Made by a program: the position numbers and the translations under genes
Assembly (NCBI GenBank): GCA_964361705.1
Contig: CAYIBP010000004.1
Coordinates: forward strand, 1-59,998
DNA from: an uncultured Candidatus Saccharibacteria bacterium
GTDB taxonomy: Bacteria; Patescibacteriota; Minisyncoccia; Phycocordibacterales; UBA9973
Reading direction: 5' to 3'
Length of the DNA: 59,998 bases
Shown: positions 44,868 to 54,732 of the stretch, one piece after another
How the letters are laid out: every line of letters starts with the position of its first letter
How positions within the stretch are numbered: the first letter of the stretch is position 1
The notes under the pieces: model-generated
What the model was told of the DNA's origin: nothing
Database searches by the model: none
The model's input: only the letters and a program-made list of their open reading frames with translations

Positions 44868-45452
44868 ATGAAAAAAGTTTTTATCGTGCATGGATTTGGT
44901 GGTATCCCCAATGGTGGTTGGTTTCCTTGGCTTATGAAAGAATTGGCAAAAAAGGGTGTACCTGTTTGCTCTCTCCTTATGCCCCACACAAATGATCCTG
45001 TTGTTTCGGAATGGGTTGACCACATAAGTTCCAATGTTGTAGGAGAAGAAGAAAATGCGATACTGCTGGGGCACAGTCTGGGAGTGCCGGCGATTTTGCG
45101 TTATCTAGAATCTTTACCGGAAGGCAGACGAATAGGTGGCGTGGTCCTTGTCTCTGGATTTATAGAACCTTTAGATACGGAAGATCCAAATAGTGCTTTC
45201 CGAAAGATAGACGCATTTGCAGTACCAGAAATTAATTTTGAAAAAATAAAAGATATTCCAAAGTCGGCAGTTATCTTGCATGGATCGGAAGACAAGCTCG
45301 TGCCATTCTCTCATGCTGAAAGAATTGCAAAAGGTTTGAACTGTAAGCTCGTGAGAATAGAAGGAGGAACTCACTTTAGTCAGATCACAGAACCTATTTG
45401 TTACGAACTACCGGAAGTTTTGGAAGCAGTATTGGAGATAGCCAACTCTTAA
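44868..45452 (+). CDS. RBBP9/YdeN family alpha/beta hydrolase
   Basis: VFIVHG, WFPWL, GHSLG nucleophile, SEDKLVP and GGTHF. Confidence 0.88.
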   Translation: MKKVFIVHGFGGIPNGGWFPWLMKELAKKGVPVCSLLMPHTNDPVVSEWVDHISSNVVGEEENAILLGHSLGVPAILRYLESLPEGRRIGGVVLVSGFIEPLDTEDPNSAFRKIDAFAVPEINFEKIKDIPKSAVILHGSEDKLVPFSHAERIAKGLNCKLVRIEGGTHFSQITEPICYELPEVLEAVLEIANS

Positions 45453-45458
45453 TAAAAA

Positions 45459-46037
45459 ATGCATCACATATATCACACAGAGGGGATCATATTGGATAGC
45501 AAGGATTTCGGTGAGGCAGGGAGATATTATTTTGTTTTCACGCGGGAGTTTGGGATGTTGATGGCTTCTGCTCAAGGTGTCAGAAAGATGTCTTCGAAAT
45601 TGCGTTTTGTTTTGCAAGATTTTGCTTATGTGAAGATAGATTTGGTAAAAGGCCGAGATTTGTGGCGCATTACTAGCGCTTCAAAGACAAATCAGCTTGA
45701 AAGTATAAAAGAAAAACATATACTTGAAGTTTTTTCAAAAATCGCAAAACTTTTAAGGCGTTTGTTGGTGGGAGAAGATGCGAATCAAATACTTTTTGAT
45801 GATGTGTTAAGAGGGTTTCTTGTTTTGGAAAAAACAAAAAGCAAAGAAGAAGCCTATAACACAGAAGCTGTGATTGTGCTGCGTATCTTGCATAACCTTG
45901 GATATATCGGTGGTGACGAAGCAACAAAAGATTTGATTTGCTCACCATTTGAAAAAGATTTGATCTTTATGGCGTCTAATAATCGGACGAGGATTTTAAA
46001 TCAGATTAACAAAGCACTTAAGGAAACTCACTTATAA
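45459..46037 (+). CDS. recO: DNA repair protein RecO (short form)
   Basis: TEGIILDS...GEA.....FTREFG....AQGVRK..SKL N-terminal OB fold. Confidence 0.85.
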   Translation: MHHIYHTEGIILDSKDFGEAGRYYFVFTREFGMLMASAQGVRKMSSKLRFVLQDFAYVKIDLVKGRDLWRITSASKTNQLESIKEKHILEVFSKIAKLLRRLLVGEDANQILFDDVLRGFLVLEKTKSKEEAYNTEAVIVLRILHNLGYIGGDEATKDLICSPFEKDLIFMASNNRTRILNQINKALKETHL

Positions 46038-46056
46038 TTTGTGCTACAATTAGAAG

Positions 46057-47988
46057 ATGGATCTGGGGGATAAAAACAAGCTTAATAAATTAGAAGATTT
46101 GAAGAAAAAACTTTTTGATAAGAACTATCAGGTAAAGTTTGAACATCGAGAGAACTTTCCTCATTTTCACAGCAAAGAAGTGACAGATTCCTGGGAGAAG
46201 AGAGAAGTATCTTCACCTGATACTAGATTTAACATGTACGGTAAAACATCCATTTTTAAAAAATTTTTTGTGTTCTCAATGATTTTTTTTGTGTTGGCGC
46301 TCGTTTATGCTTCTTTTATGTTTTTTATCAGAAGCAATACCGTTTCTAATGAAAATATAGATATTTCGATTCAAAGCAATGCCTTTACTGCTGGTGGAGA
46401 GGAATATTCATTATTGCTTGAAGTTGTGAATAAAAATAATTCGGCATTGCAACTTGCTGATCTTGTAGTGGAGTATCCCAAAAGTTCAGCCTCTAGTCTA
46501 TCGAAAGACAATGAACACATAAGACTTTCTCTAGGCACTATCCCCGCTGGTGGCAAAAAGAATGAGAATGTTAAATTTATACTTTTTGGTGAACAAGGCA
46601 CGATAAGGCCAGTGAACGTTTCTCTTGAATATAGAATTGAAGGTTCAAACGCGATTTTCGTAAAGAAAAAAATTTACGATGTGACAATAAGTTCTACCCC
46701 GATAAATATTTTAGTGGATGCGCCTTTAGAGGCAAATTCAAATCAGGACTTGATATTAGAAGTAAGTACGATTTTAAATGCTACTAAACCGGCTTCTAGG
46801 ATGTTGCTCAAGGTTGATTATCCTATAGGTTTTCAATTTATAAGAGCAACACCGATGCCATCTTCGAATAACAATGTTTGGAGTTTAGGAGATTTGGCTC
46901 CTGGTGCTGAAAGAAAAATATCCATAGTGGGCAAGATGCTAGATGTCTTTGAAGGTGAAGAGAAGATTTTTCGAGTGTGGAGTGGTTCACAGTCTGTGAG
47001 TGATAAGTCCGTCATTGAAACAATTTTTAATTCCTTTGAACACAAGATGGTAGTCAGAGAATCCGCGATTGAAGCGAGATTAAGCATAAACGGCGTATCA
47101 AACAGAGAATACGCGGTGGATACAAAAACTGGTATTGAAGGTCAGATACAATGGAAAAATAATTTAGAAACAAAGATAAGCAATCTTGAAATCAAAGCTA
47201 GGATTTCTGGTAATGCTGTAAATAAAAAAACCATCTCAGCAAGGCAAGGGTTTTATAATTCTGCGCAGGATATAATAATATGGGACAAAAATTCCAATAG
47301 CCAACTTTTAGAAGCGGATCCCGGAGAGATCGGAGCGGTCTCTTTCTCTCTTTCCTCATTATCTCTGTTTTCGGCTTCTAGCGGTCTCTTGTCTTCACCC
47401 TCTATTAATATAGATGTTTTCATTACAGGAGAAAAAAGTGAAGCTGGAGGTTCGAGCGTGAACCTTGCAAGTAAGGAATCTAGAATTATAAAAATAATTT
47501 CAGATGTTGGTCTTTCAGCAAAAGCTCTTTATGCTTCAGGTCCATTTACAAATGTTGGACCATTGCCTCCAAAAGCTGAACAAACCACCAGCTATACCAT
47601 AACTTGGTTTTTATCTAATACCGCAAACCCTATTTCAAAAACCCAAGTTCGAGCGACGATACCTTCTTGGGTTAGCTTCAAAGGTACATTTTTGCCAGCT
47701 AACGAGGATTTGTCTTACAATGCTCCTACCAGAGAGATTGTCTGGAATGTGGGCAACATCACGAAAGGGGCTGGATTAGTTGGAGGCGGGCGAGAAGTGT
47801 CTTTCCAGCTTGATTTTAATCCATCGCTTTCCCAAGTGGATTCTTCACCTATCTTAATAAATGAATCAGTTTTGACTGGACACGATGATTTTGCTAATGT
47901 GGATGTGAGGGTTAGGAAATCCTCACTTGATATCAGACTTCTGAACGACCTTAATTTCCCTCCAGGAGGAGATAGGGTAGTTGAATAA
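46057..47988 (+). CDS. Membrane-anchored multi-Ig-like-domain protein, function unknown
   Basis: One TM segment near the N-terminus, then repeated beta-sandwich-like segments (W.LGDL.PG, W.VGNI..G). Confidence 0.7.
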   Translation: MDLGDKNKLNKLEDLKKKLFDKNYQVKFEHRENFPHFHSKEVTDSWEKREVSSPDTRFNMYGKTSIFKKFFVFSMIFFVLALVYASFMFFIRSNTVSNENIDISIQSNAFTAGGEEYSLLLEVVNKNNSALQLADLVVEYPKSSASSLSKDNEHIRLSLGTIPAGGKKNENVKFILFGEQGTIRPVNVSLEYRIEGSNAIFVKKKIYDVTISSTPINILVDAPLEANSNQDLILEVSTILNATKPASRMLLKVDYPIGFQFIRATPMPSSNNNVWSLGDLAPGAERKISIVGKMLDVFEGEEKIFRVWSGSQSVSDKSVIETIFNSFEHKMVVRESAIEARLSINGVSNREYAVDTKTGIEGQIQWKNNLETKISNLEIKARISGNAVNKKTISARQGFYNSAQDIIIWDKNSNSQLLEADPGEIGAVSFSLSSLSLFSASSGLLSSPSINIDVFITGEKSEAGGSSVNLASKESRIIKIISDVGLSAKALYASGPFTNVGPLPPKAEQTTSYTITWFLSNTANPISKTQVRATIPSWVSFKGTFLPANEDLSYNAPTREIVWNVGNITKGAGLVGGGREVSFQLDFNPSLSQVDSSPILINESVLTGHDDFANVDVRVRKSSLDIRLLNDLNFPPGGDRVVE

Positions 47989-47991
47989 TAT

Positions 47992-49338
47992 ATGGAAAAA
48001 GAAAAAAACAAAGATAATGATTTGATGAATAAAGTGGTTTCTCTATGCAAGAGGCGAGGTTTTGTGTTTCAGGGGTCCGAAATATATGGCGGTCTCGCGG
48101 GTACTTTTGACTGGGGTCATTTTGGCGTGGCCTTGAAAAATAATATCAAGCAGAATTGGTGGAGGAAATTCGTAGAGAGCAGGCGTGATATGTATGGAAT
48201 GGATGCGGCTATTCTGATGCGACAGGAAGTGTGGCAAGCGTCAGGGCATGTATCAAGCTTTTCTGATCCAATGGTCAGTTGTAAGTCTTGTGGTAAACAG
48301 TACAGGCCCGACCAGATAGGAGGTGTAGTTGATGATAAAGATTCAAAAAGATGGACACTGCGTCCTTGTCCGAATTGTGGTATGAGCGAATGGACTACAG
48401 TCAAAGAATTCAACATGATGTTCCAAACCAAAGTTGGCGCACTAGAGGATTCTTCGGCTGTTTCATATCTCCGTCCTGAAACGGCACAAGGTATGTTTGT
48501 GAATTTTAAGAATACAGTGGATGCTTTTCATCCAAAACTGCCCTTCGGTATGGCACAGATAGGTAAAGCATTCAGAAATGAGATAACTCCTCGCGATTTT
48601 CTTTTTCGTCAAAGAGAATTTGAACAGATGGAGATAGAATACTTTATTCGCGAATCTGAGTGGGAAAAACATTTTGAATACTGGAGAGATGAAATGAGTG
48701 AATGGATGGAGGGTGTGGGGATAGATATGGCGAAAGTCCACGAGCTTGAAGTGCCGGATTCTGACAGAGCTTTCTATTCAAAACGCACGATTGATTTTGA
48801 GTTTGATTATCCTTTTGGAAAAAAGGAGCTTTTTGGTTTGGCATATCGCACGGATTATGATCTTGGTGTACATAAACTTGATTATATAGATGAGGAAAAT
48901 AAGACAAAGATTGTGCCCCATGTCATAGAGCCTTCTTTTGGTTTGGATAGAGCAATACTGGCAGTGTTGTTTTCTGCTTACACTGAGGACGAGAAAGACG
49001 GTGAAGTGCGGGAATATTTAAAATTGAAACCTAGCATCGCGCCAGTCATTTGCGCTGTGTCTCCACTTTTGAAAAATAAACCAGAATTAGTGGAATATGC
49101 CAACACTAAAGTTTTTGCTCCCCTTAAAACAGAGTTTGGTAGAGTGGCTTGGGACGACAACGGCAACATTGGCAAAAGATACAGAAGGCAAGACGAGGTA
49201 GGTACACCATTTTGTATTGTTGTAGATTTCGATACTCTCACAGATGATACTGTTACTGTGCGTGACCGCGACACTGGTGCGCAAGAGAGGATAAAGGTGG
49301 TTGAACTGAATAAGTATATAAAAGAGAAAATAAGCTAA
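47992..49338 (+). CDS. glyQS: Glycine--tRNA ligase (alpha2, GlyRS-1 type)
   Basis: SEIYGG, YLRPETAQG, GKAFRNEITP, REFEQME, VIEPSFG and IGKRYRRQDEVGTP. Confidence 0.96.
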   Translation: MEKEKNKDNDLMNKVVSLCKRRGFVFQGSEIYGGLAGTFDWGHFGVALKNNIKQNWWRKFVESRRDMYGMDAAILMRQEVWQASGHVSSFSDPMVSCKSCGKQYRPDQIGGVVDDKDSKRWTLRPCPNCGMSEWTTVKEFNMMFQTKVGALEDSSAVSYLRPETAQGMFVNFKNTVDAFHPKLPFGMAQIGKAFRNEITPRDFLFRQREFEQMEIEYFIRESEWEKHFEYWRDEMSEWMEGVGIDMAKVHELEVPDSDRAFYSKRTIDFEFDYPFGKKELFGLAYRTDYDLGVHKLDYIDEENKTKIVPHVIEPSFGLDRAILAVLFSAYTEDEKDGEVREYLKLKPSIAPVICAVSPLLKNKPELVEYANTKVFAPLKTEFGRVAWDDNGNIGKRYRRQDEVGTPFCIVVDFDTLTDDTVTVRDRDTGAQERIKVVELNKYIKEKIS

Positions 49339-49351
49339 ATAAAAAAATAGA

Positions 49352-50620
49352 ATGAAATTCACAAAAAAGATTTTACCGAATGGTTTGCGGGTTGTGGTGG
49401 TGCCCATGAAAGACAACCCCACTGTGACAGTGCTTGTCTTGGTGGAGGCGGGGAGTAAGTACGAAGATAAAAAGGTCAATGGTATATCTCACTTTTTGGA
49501 ACATATGTGCTTCAAGGGTACAACAAAGAGACCCAAAGCCATAGATATTTCTCGCGAGCTTGACGCTATAGGTAGCCAGTACAATGCTTTTACTGCGCAA
49601 GAATACACGGGATATTACGCAAAAGCAGACGCGAAACATTTCAAAAAGATATTTGATGTCGTGTCAGATATTTATTTGAACTCTACTTTCCCAGAAGCAG
49701 AAATGGAAAAAGAAAAAGGTGTGATAATAGAGGAAATAAATATGTATGAAGATTTGCCAAATAGACACGTGCAGGACTTGATGATGAAGTTGTTGTACGG
49801 AGATCAGCCAGCAGGGTGGAACATTGCTGGAGAAAAAAAGAATATCACTGCTATGAAGCGAGGTGATTTTGTAAAATACAAAGGCGAACATTATCTACCA
49901 GAGGCGACGACGATAGTGGTAGCAGGCAAGGTGAGTGAGGCGGATGTGATGCAAAAGGTAAAGAAAGTTTTTAGTTCTCTTTCAAAAGGTAAAAAATCTC
50001 AAAAATTAAAAACCATAGAATCGCAGAAAAAACCGGAGGTGCTAGTGTCTTTTAAAAAGACAGACCAGACACATTTTATCTTGGGTGTGAGAAGCTATGA
50101 TCTTTTTAGTAAGAAAAATGCTGTACTTTCTGTCTTGGGTGGAGTGCTTGGTGGAGGGATGAGCTCTAGACTTTTTCAAAAGCTTCGCGAGGAAATGGGT
50201 GTTGGCTACTATGTGCGCGCGGGTAATGACGCATATACTGATCACGGATTTTTTGATGTTTCTGCCGGAGTGGATAACAAAAGAATTTATGAAGTCATAG
50301 AAGTAGTGTTAAATGAATTTCGAAAGCTAGTTACAGAAAAAGTAAGAGCAGAAGAGTTGGAAAAAGTAAAAGAATGCCTGATAGGCAATATGAAGCTCTC
50401 TCTAGAAGCAAGCGATGATATTGCCAACTTTTATGGTGGACAAGAGCTTTTGAAAAAAGAAATAAAAAATGCCGAAGAAAAAGCAAGTGAATTGCGTAAG
50501 GTTACAAGTGAGCAAATTCAAAGTTTGGCCAAAGAAATCTTCAAAAACGAAAGACTTAACCTCGCCCTCATAGGGCCGTTTAAAGAAAAAGCAAAATTCA
50601 CACAAATACTAAAGTTCTAA
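49352..50620 (+). CDS. M16 family zinc peptidase
   Basis: GISHFLEHMCFKGT (HxxEH), NAFT and GGMSSRLF. Confidence 0.93.
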   Translation: MKFTKKILPNGLRVVVVPMKDNPTVTVLVLVEAGSKYEDKKVNGISHFLEHMCFKGTTKRPKAIDISRELDAIGSQYNAFTAQEYTGYYAKADAKHFKKIFDVVSDIYLNSTFPEAEMEKEKGVIIEEINMYEDLPNRHVQDLMMKLLYGDQPAGWNIAGEKKNITAMKRGDFVKYKGEHYLPEATTIVVAGKVSEADVMQKVKKVFSSLSKGKKSQKLKTIESQKKPEVLVSFKKTDQTHFILGVRSYDLFSKKNAVLSVLGGVLGGGMSSRLFQKLREEMGVGYYVRAGNDAYTDHGFFDVSAGVDNKRIYEVIEVVLNEFRKLVTEKVRAEELEKVKECLIGNMKLSLEASDDIANFYGGQELLKKEIKNAEEKASELRKVTSEQIQSLAKEIFKNERLNLALIGPFKEKAKFTQILKF

Positions 50621-50660
50621 GCATTTTAGACTTGCTTGATTTTATGATATTATAATAAGC

Positions 50661-51731
50661 ATGAATGGACAGAATAATTCTATGCCAATGTTTATAAGTA
50701 CTGGCACGATCATTCGTTTCTTTTTGGTTGCTATAGGATTTTTATTGATTTGGGTCTTGAGAGACCTGCTTTTGGTCATTTTGACCGCTATCATGCTTGC
50801 TTCATTTGTGGAGTCGGCGGTTCCTTATTTCAAGAAAATTAAACTCAATAGGGTGTTTGGTGTAGTAGTGCTTTATGTTTCTACTATATCTGTTTTGACA
50901 GTTTTATTTTATTTGTTTGCTCCGCTTTTGATCACTGAAGTTTATAATTTCTCGGTATTCTTGTCTTCGTATGCACCTAATTCTCCATTGCTCAATTATT
51001 TCAGCCAAGACGCTTTCGGAGGAGCAAAGGATATTTTGAGCAATCTCTCGCACAGTCTTTCACTGACCAATCTCCTCGCTACTTCCAAAGCCTTTATCAC
51101 AAATCTTTCCGGAGGATTTTTCCAAGTTTTGTCTGTTGCCTTTGGAAGTATATTCAATGTAATACTTATCGTGTTGCTCTCATTCTATCTTTCAATACAA
51201 GAGAAGGGGATAGAAAATTTTCTGCGTATCATTCTGCCGTTACAATATGAAGACTATGCCGTAGATCTATGGGAACGTTCTCGCAGAAAGATTGCCTTGT
51301 GGATGAAAGGACAGATGTTGCTTGGTATTTTGATTGCGGTTTTGACTTATTTAATACTCTCCCTGCTTGGTATACAATACGCGCTTTTGCTTGCTATTAT
51401 CGCAGGGGTGATGGAGCTCATACCTTATGGAGTTTTGATAGCTTTGATTCCGGCTGTCTCTTTCTCCTATCTGTCTGGCGGAATCTCGAGCGCTTTTATG
51501 GTATTCGGAGCTTATATCATCCTGCATCAATTTGAAGCTTTTCTTTTTGGTCCACTTATTATCAAAAGCGTAGTTGGGCTTTCTCCTCTTGTCGTTATTT
51601 TAGCGGCGGTGATAGGCTTTGAACTTGGCGGATTTTGGGGTTTGGTTTTAGGTATTCCAGTCTCGGTGATTATTATGGAATTAATGGGTGATCTTGAGAA
51701 AAAGAAAATCTCTGCTAGAACCGGAAAATGA
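50661..51731 (+). CDS. AI-2E family transporter
   Basis: Multi-TM protein; W.KGQ, ELIPYG and GL.PLVVILA..IG.ELGG..G..L.IP. Confidence 0.88.
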   Translation: MNGQNNSMPMFISTGTIIRFFLVAIGFLLIWVLRDLLLVILTAIMLASFVESAVPYFKKIKLNRVFGVVVLYVSTISVLTVLFYLFAPLLITEVYNFSVFLSSYAPNSPLLNYFSQDAFGGAKDILSNLSHSLSLTNLLATSKAFITNLSGGFFQVLSVAFGSIFNVILIVLLSFYLSIQEKGIENFLRIILPLQYEDYAVDLWERSRRKIALWMKGQMLLGILIAVLTYLILSLLGIQYALLLAIIAGVMELIPYGVLIALIPAVSFSYLSGGISSAFMVFGAYIILHQFEAFLFGPLIIKSVVGLSPLVVILAAVIGFELGGFWGLVLGIPVSVIIMELMGDLEKKKISARTGK

Positions 51732-53191
51732 AAAAAGATAGCTTTTATATTACCACCACACTGCCTTATGTAAACGCTCCACTTCATATGGGGCATGCGC
51801 TAGAATTTGTGCGCGCAGATGCGATAGTTCGCTACAAGAAACTTTTAGGGTTTGATGTGTTTTTCAATACTGGTACAGATGAGCACGGAATAAAGATTTA
51901 CAACAAGGCAAAGGAGCAGGGTCTAGATCCGCAGGAGTTTGTGGATAGGGGTTTTGAGATTTTTAAAGAACAGCTCAAGATGTTTGGTATCAGTGAAGAC
52001 GTGCATTTTGTGCGTACGACGGACACGCATCACATCGAAGCTGCGCAGGAATTTTGGAAACGCGTAGATAAGAATGGATATATCTATAAAAAAAACTACG
52101 AGGCAAAGTATTGCGTGGGTTGCGAGAGTGAAAAGACAGACAGCGAGCTAGACGAAGCAGGTGAATGCCCACTGCACCCCGGACGCAAACCCGAAACTAT
52201 CAGTGAAGAGAATTATTTCTTCAAATATTCAGCTTTTAGCGAGAAACTTTTAGAGTTTTATAAAAAGAATCCGACATTTATCGTGCCTGATTTTCGTTTC
52301 AATGAAATTAAAAATTTCGTAAAAAACGGCTTGCAGGATTTTTCTATATCAAGGTTGAAAAGCAAAATGCCTTGGGGTGTGGGTGTGCCAGGGGACGATG
52401 AACATGTGATGTACGTGTGGTTTGATGCGCTTACGAATTATATTTCTACCTTGGGTTGGCCCTTTGCTGACGCTCAGGGTAAACCAGAAGAAAGTTCTTT
52501 TGAAAAATATTGGATAAATGGTAATCCTACTCAATACTGTGGCAAAGACAATACACGTTTCCAAGGTGCTATGTGGCAGGCGATGTTGATGGCATCTGGG
52601 CTACCGAATTCACACCAGATAGTGGTAAATGGTTTTATCACCGGTGAGGGCGGAATACGAATGTCTAAAACTATAGGCAATGTCGTGGATCCGCGCGATG
52701 TCGTAGCCCTATACGGCACAGACGCTCTGCGATATTTTCTACTTCGAGAAATTAGTAGTTTTGAAGACGGTCCTTTTACACTTGAACGATTCAAAGATGC
52801 TTATAATTCCGGCCTTGCAAATGGGCTGGGGAATCTGTCTTCGAGGATTTTAACTTTATCGGAAAAACATCTGGAAAGGACGCCTGAGATCCCAGAGAAC
52901 ACAATACCCCAAGAATTTTTTGAATATTTAGAAAAGTTTGATCTGCAAAAAGCGACAGAATTCATCTGGAGCAAGATAACAGAGCTAGACAAAAGAATCC
53001 AAGAGACCGAACCGTTCAAGATCATAAAGTTCGATGAAGCTAAAGGCAAAGAAATGATAAAAAATTTAGTTTTGGATTTGTACACCATAGCCAGAATGTT
53101 AAATCCACTTCTACCCGAAACTTTCGAAAAAATAAAAAATTTAATAAAACAAAACAAAAAACCCGAAGACCCGCTTTTTTTGCGAAAATAA
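51728..53191 (+). CDS. metG: Methionine--tRNA ligase
   Basis: YITTTLPYVNAPLHMGH, TGTDEHG, YVWFDAL, RMSKTIG and DALRYFLL. Confidence 0.96.
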   Translation: MKKDSFYITTTLPYVNAPLHMGHALEFVRADAIVRYKKLLGFDVFFNTGTDEHGIKIYNKAKEQGLDPQEFVDRGFEIFKEQLKMFGISEDVHFVRTTDTHHIEAAQEFWKRVDKNGYIYKKNYEAKYCVGCESEKTDSELDEAGECPLHPGRKPETISEENYFFKYSAFSEKLLEFYKKNPTFIVPDFRFNEIKNFVKNGLQDFSISRLKSKMPWGVGVPGDDEHVMYVWFDALTNYISTLGWPFADAQGKPEESSFEKYWINGNPTQYCGKDNTRFQGAMWQAMLMASGLPNSHQIVVNGFITGEGGIRMSKTIGNVVDPRDVVALYGTDALRYFLLREISSFEDGPFTLERFKDAYNSGLANGLGNLSSRILTLSEKHLERTPEIPENTIPQEFFEYLEKFDLQKATEFIWSKITELDKRIQETEPFKIIKFDEAKGKEMIKNLVLDLYTIARMLNPLLPETFEKIKNLIKQNKKPEDPLFLRK

Positions 53192-53192
53192 T

Positions 53193-54152
53193 ATGTATGA
53201 AAGAGTAACAAATTTTAATATAAAGAAAGGAGAAAAACAACCAAATGATTTCGATAGCTTTTTTCAAAAGTCTTCATTTGGAAAAGCAATCAATAAAGAA
53301 ATTAACAGGAAAGGAAGAGATGATACAGGGGTTTTTTTTGATAAGAGTTTAGAAAAAAGATTAACAGAAAAAGAAAAACAAGAATTAATTAATACTATAA
53401 AACAAATTTTTTCTTTACTTGAAAAATTACTACCAGATTTTTTAGAAGAGCTGGGTTTAAGCACAGAATATTTTGAGGCTATGCCTAAGCTTGGTATTGA
53501 AATCAAAAATTCATTTCTCTCCAATCTTTTTAAAGAAGGTTATCATATTCCAGTTTTTGACAAGTTGATTTTATCTGAAAAGATAATTAACAGCAAGTTC
53601 TTTTTTAGGACATTGATCCATGAATTTTCTCATAGTATATGTAAAAGCGTTATTAAATATTCGCCAGATTTTAAAAGGACAATTATGCAGACGGGTTTAT
53701 CTATAAGAATGACCGAAGGTAAACCGGATAAAAGATTGGGTCATACAGAAACTGTAAACGAAGGCATGACTGATATTTTTGCGAACAGATTATATTTATA
53801 TTTAATTGAAAAAGATCCGTCTTTGTTTGAAAAATATAATCAACCGAAGACTTATGAGCCTGGGTACAAAGAGGAAGTTCAATTTATTGAAAGAATGGCA
53901 GTTTTGATTTCTAGTGAAAATGAACCATATGAACAAGTTTTAAAAGAACTGATGCAACATTATTTGGATGGTAATGCTGGTTTGTTTTACAAAAAACTCT
54001 TTTTGAAGTTTAATCCAGATGATAAGAAAAGAATTTTAAAACTTTTAAATAAATCCAATTTTAGGAATATGTCTCTTTTTTCATCTAAAAAGATAATGTT
54101 TAGAAAAATTCATAAGGCAATTGATTCAATTACACAGGGTAGCCCTGTGTAA
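53193..54152 (+). CDS. Putative zinc metallopeptidase (HExxH...NEGxT, gluzincin-like)
   Basis: TLIHEFSH, with a downstream VNEGMTD third-ligand motif. Confidence 0.6.
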   Translation: MYERVTNFNIKKGEKQPNDFDSFFQKSSFGKAINKEINRKGRDDTGVFFDKSLEKRLTEKEKQELINTIKQIFSLLEKLLPDFLEELGLSTEYFEAMPKLGIEIKNSFLSNLFKEGYHIPVFDKLILSEKIINSKFFFRTLIHEFSHSICKSVIKYSPDFKRTIMQTGLSIRMTEGKPDKRLGHTETVNEGMTDIFANRLYLYLIEKDPSLFEKYNQPKTYEPGYKEEVQFIERMAVLISSENEPYEQVLKELMQHYLDGNAGLFYKKLFLKFNPDDKKRILKLLNKSNFRNMSLFSSKKIMFRKIHKAIDSITQGSPV

Positions 54153-54157
54153 TTTAC

Positions 54158-54328
54158 ATAAAAACTGACGAAACCAAAGGCAGGGAAATGATAAAAAATT
54201 TAGTTTTGGATTTGTACACCATAGCCAGAATGTTAAATCCACTTCTACCCGAAACTTTCGAAAAAATAAAAAATTTAATAAAACAAAACAAAAAACCAGC
54301 GACACCTTTGTTTTTAAGGAAAGAATAA
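54158..54328 (+). pseudogene. Duplicated 3' end of metG (56 codons)
   Basis: The 113-bp core at 54185-54297 is identical to 53051-53163. Flanks are homologous but diverged (IKTDETKGRE vs IKFDEAKGKE; KPATPLFLRKE vs KPEDPLFLRK). Confidence 0.88.
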
Positions 54329-54330
54329 AA

Positions 54331-54666
54331 TTATTTTTTTGTAGATTTTTCGTAAATACTTAACGCTTTTAGTAATCCCTCGTGTTCATTTCCGCAAAGT
54401 GCTTTTGCCAAGTCTCTGTAAACTCTCGCCAATTCATCATATCTTTTATTTCCTAAAAATATCTCAGCTTGTTTTAATACTCCAGAGGCATGGAATTTTA
54501 ATTCCGGAGCATCTTTTTCTGAAAGTTTCTCATAAACATCTTTTATATTTTTTAATAAACTAGAAAAGTCTTCATGACGCTCAGCATATTTCTTCTTTCT
54601 GCGACGCCACCATTCTAAAGGTGTTTTTGCTATACCTTCGATCTCACCCCCTATATTTCCAAGCAT
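54331..54666 (-). CDS. Hypothetical helical protein (111 aa)
   Basis: Open frame. The longer ORF-track version overlaps tatD and its promoter, so start MLGNIGG is preferred. Confidence 0.5.
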   Translation of the reverse strand: MLGNIGGEIEGIAKTPLEWWRRRKKKYAERHEDFSSLLKNIKDVYEKLSEKDAPELKFHASGVLKQAEIFLGNKRYDELARVYRDLAKALCGNEHEGLLKALSIYEKSTKK

Positions 54667-54732
54667 ATCAACATATGTACCATAAACTAATAAAAAAAGT
54701 ATTGTAATGGTATAATACAACTCAAATATCTT

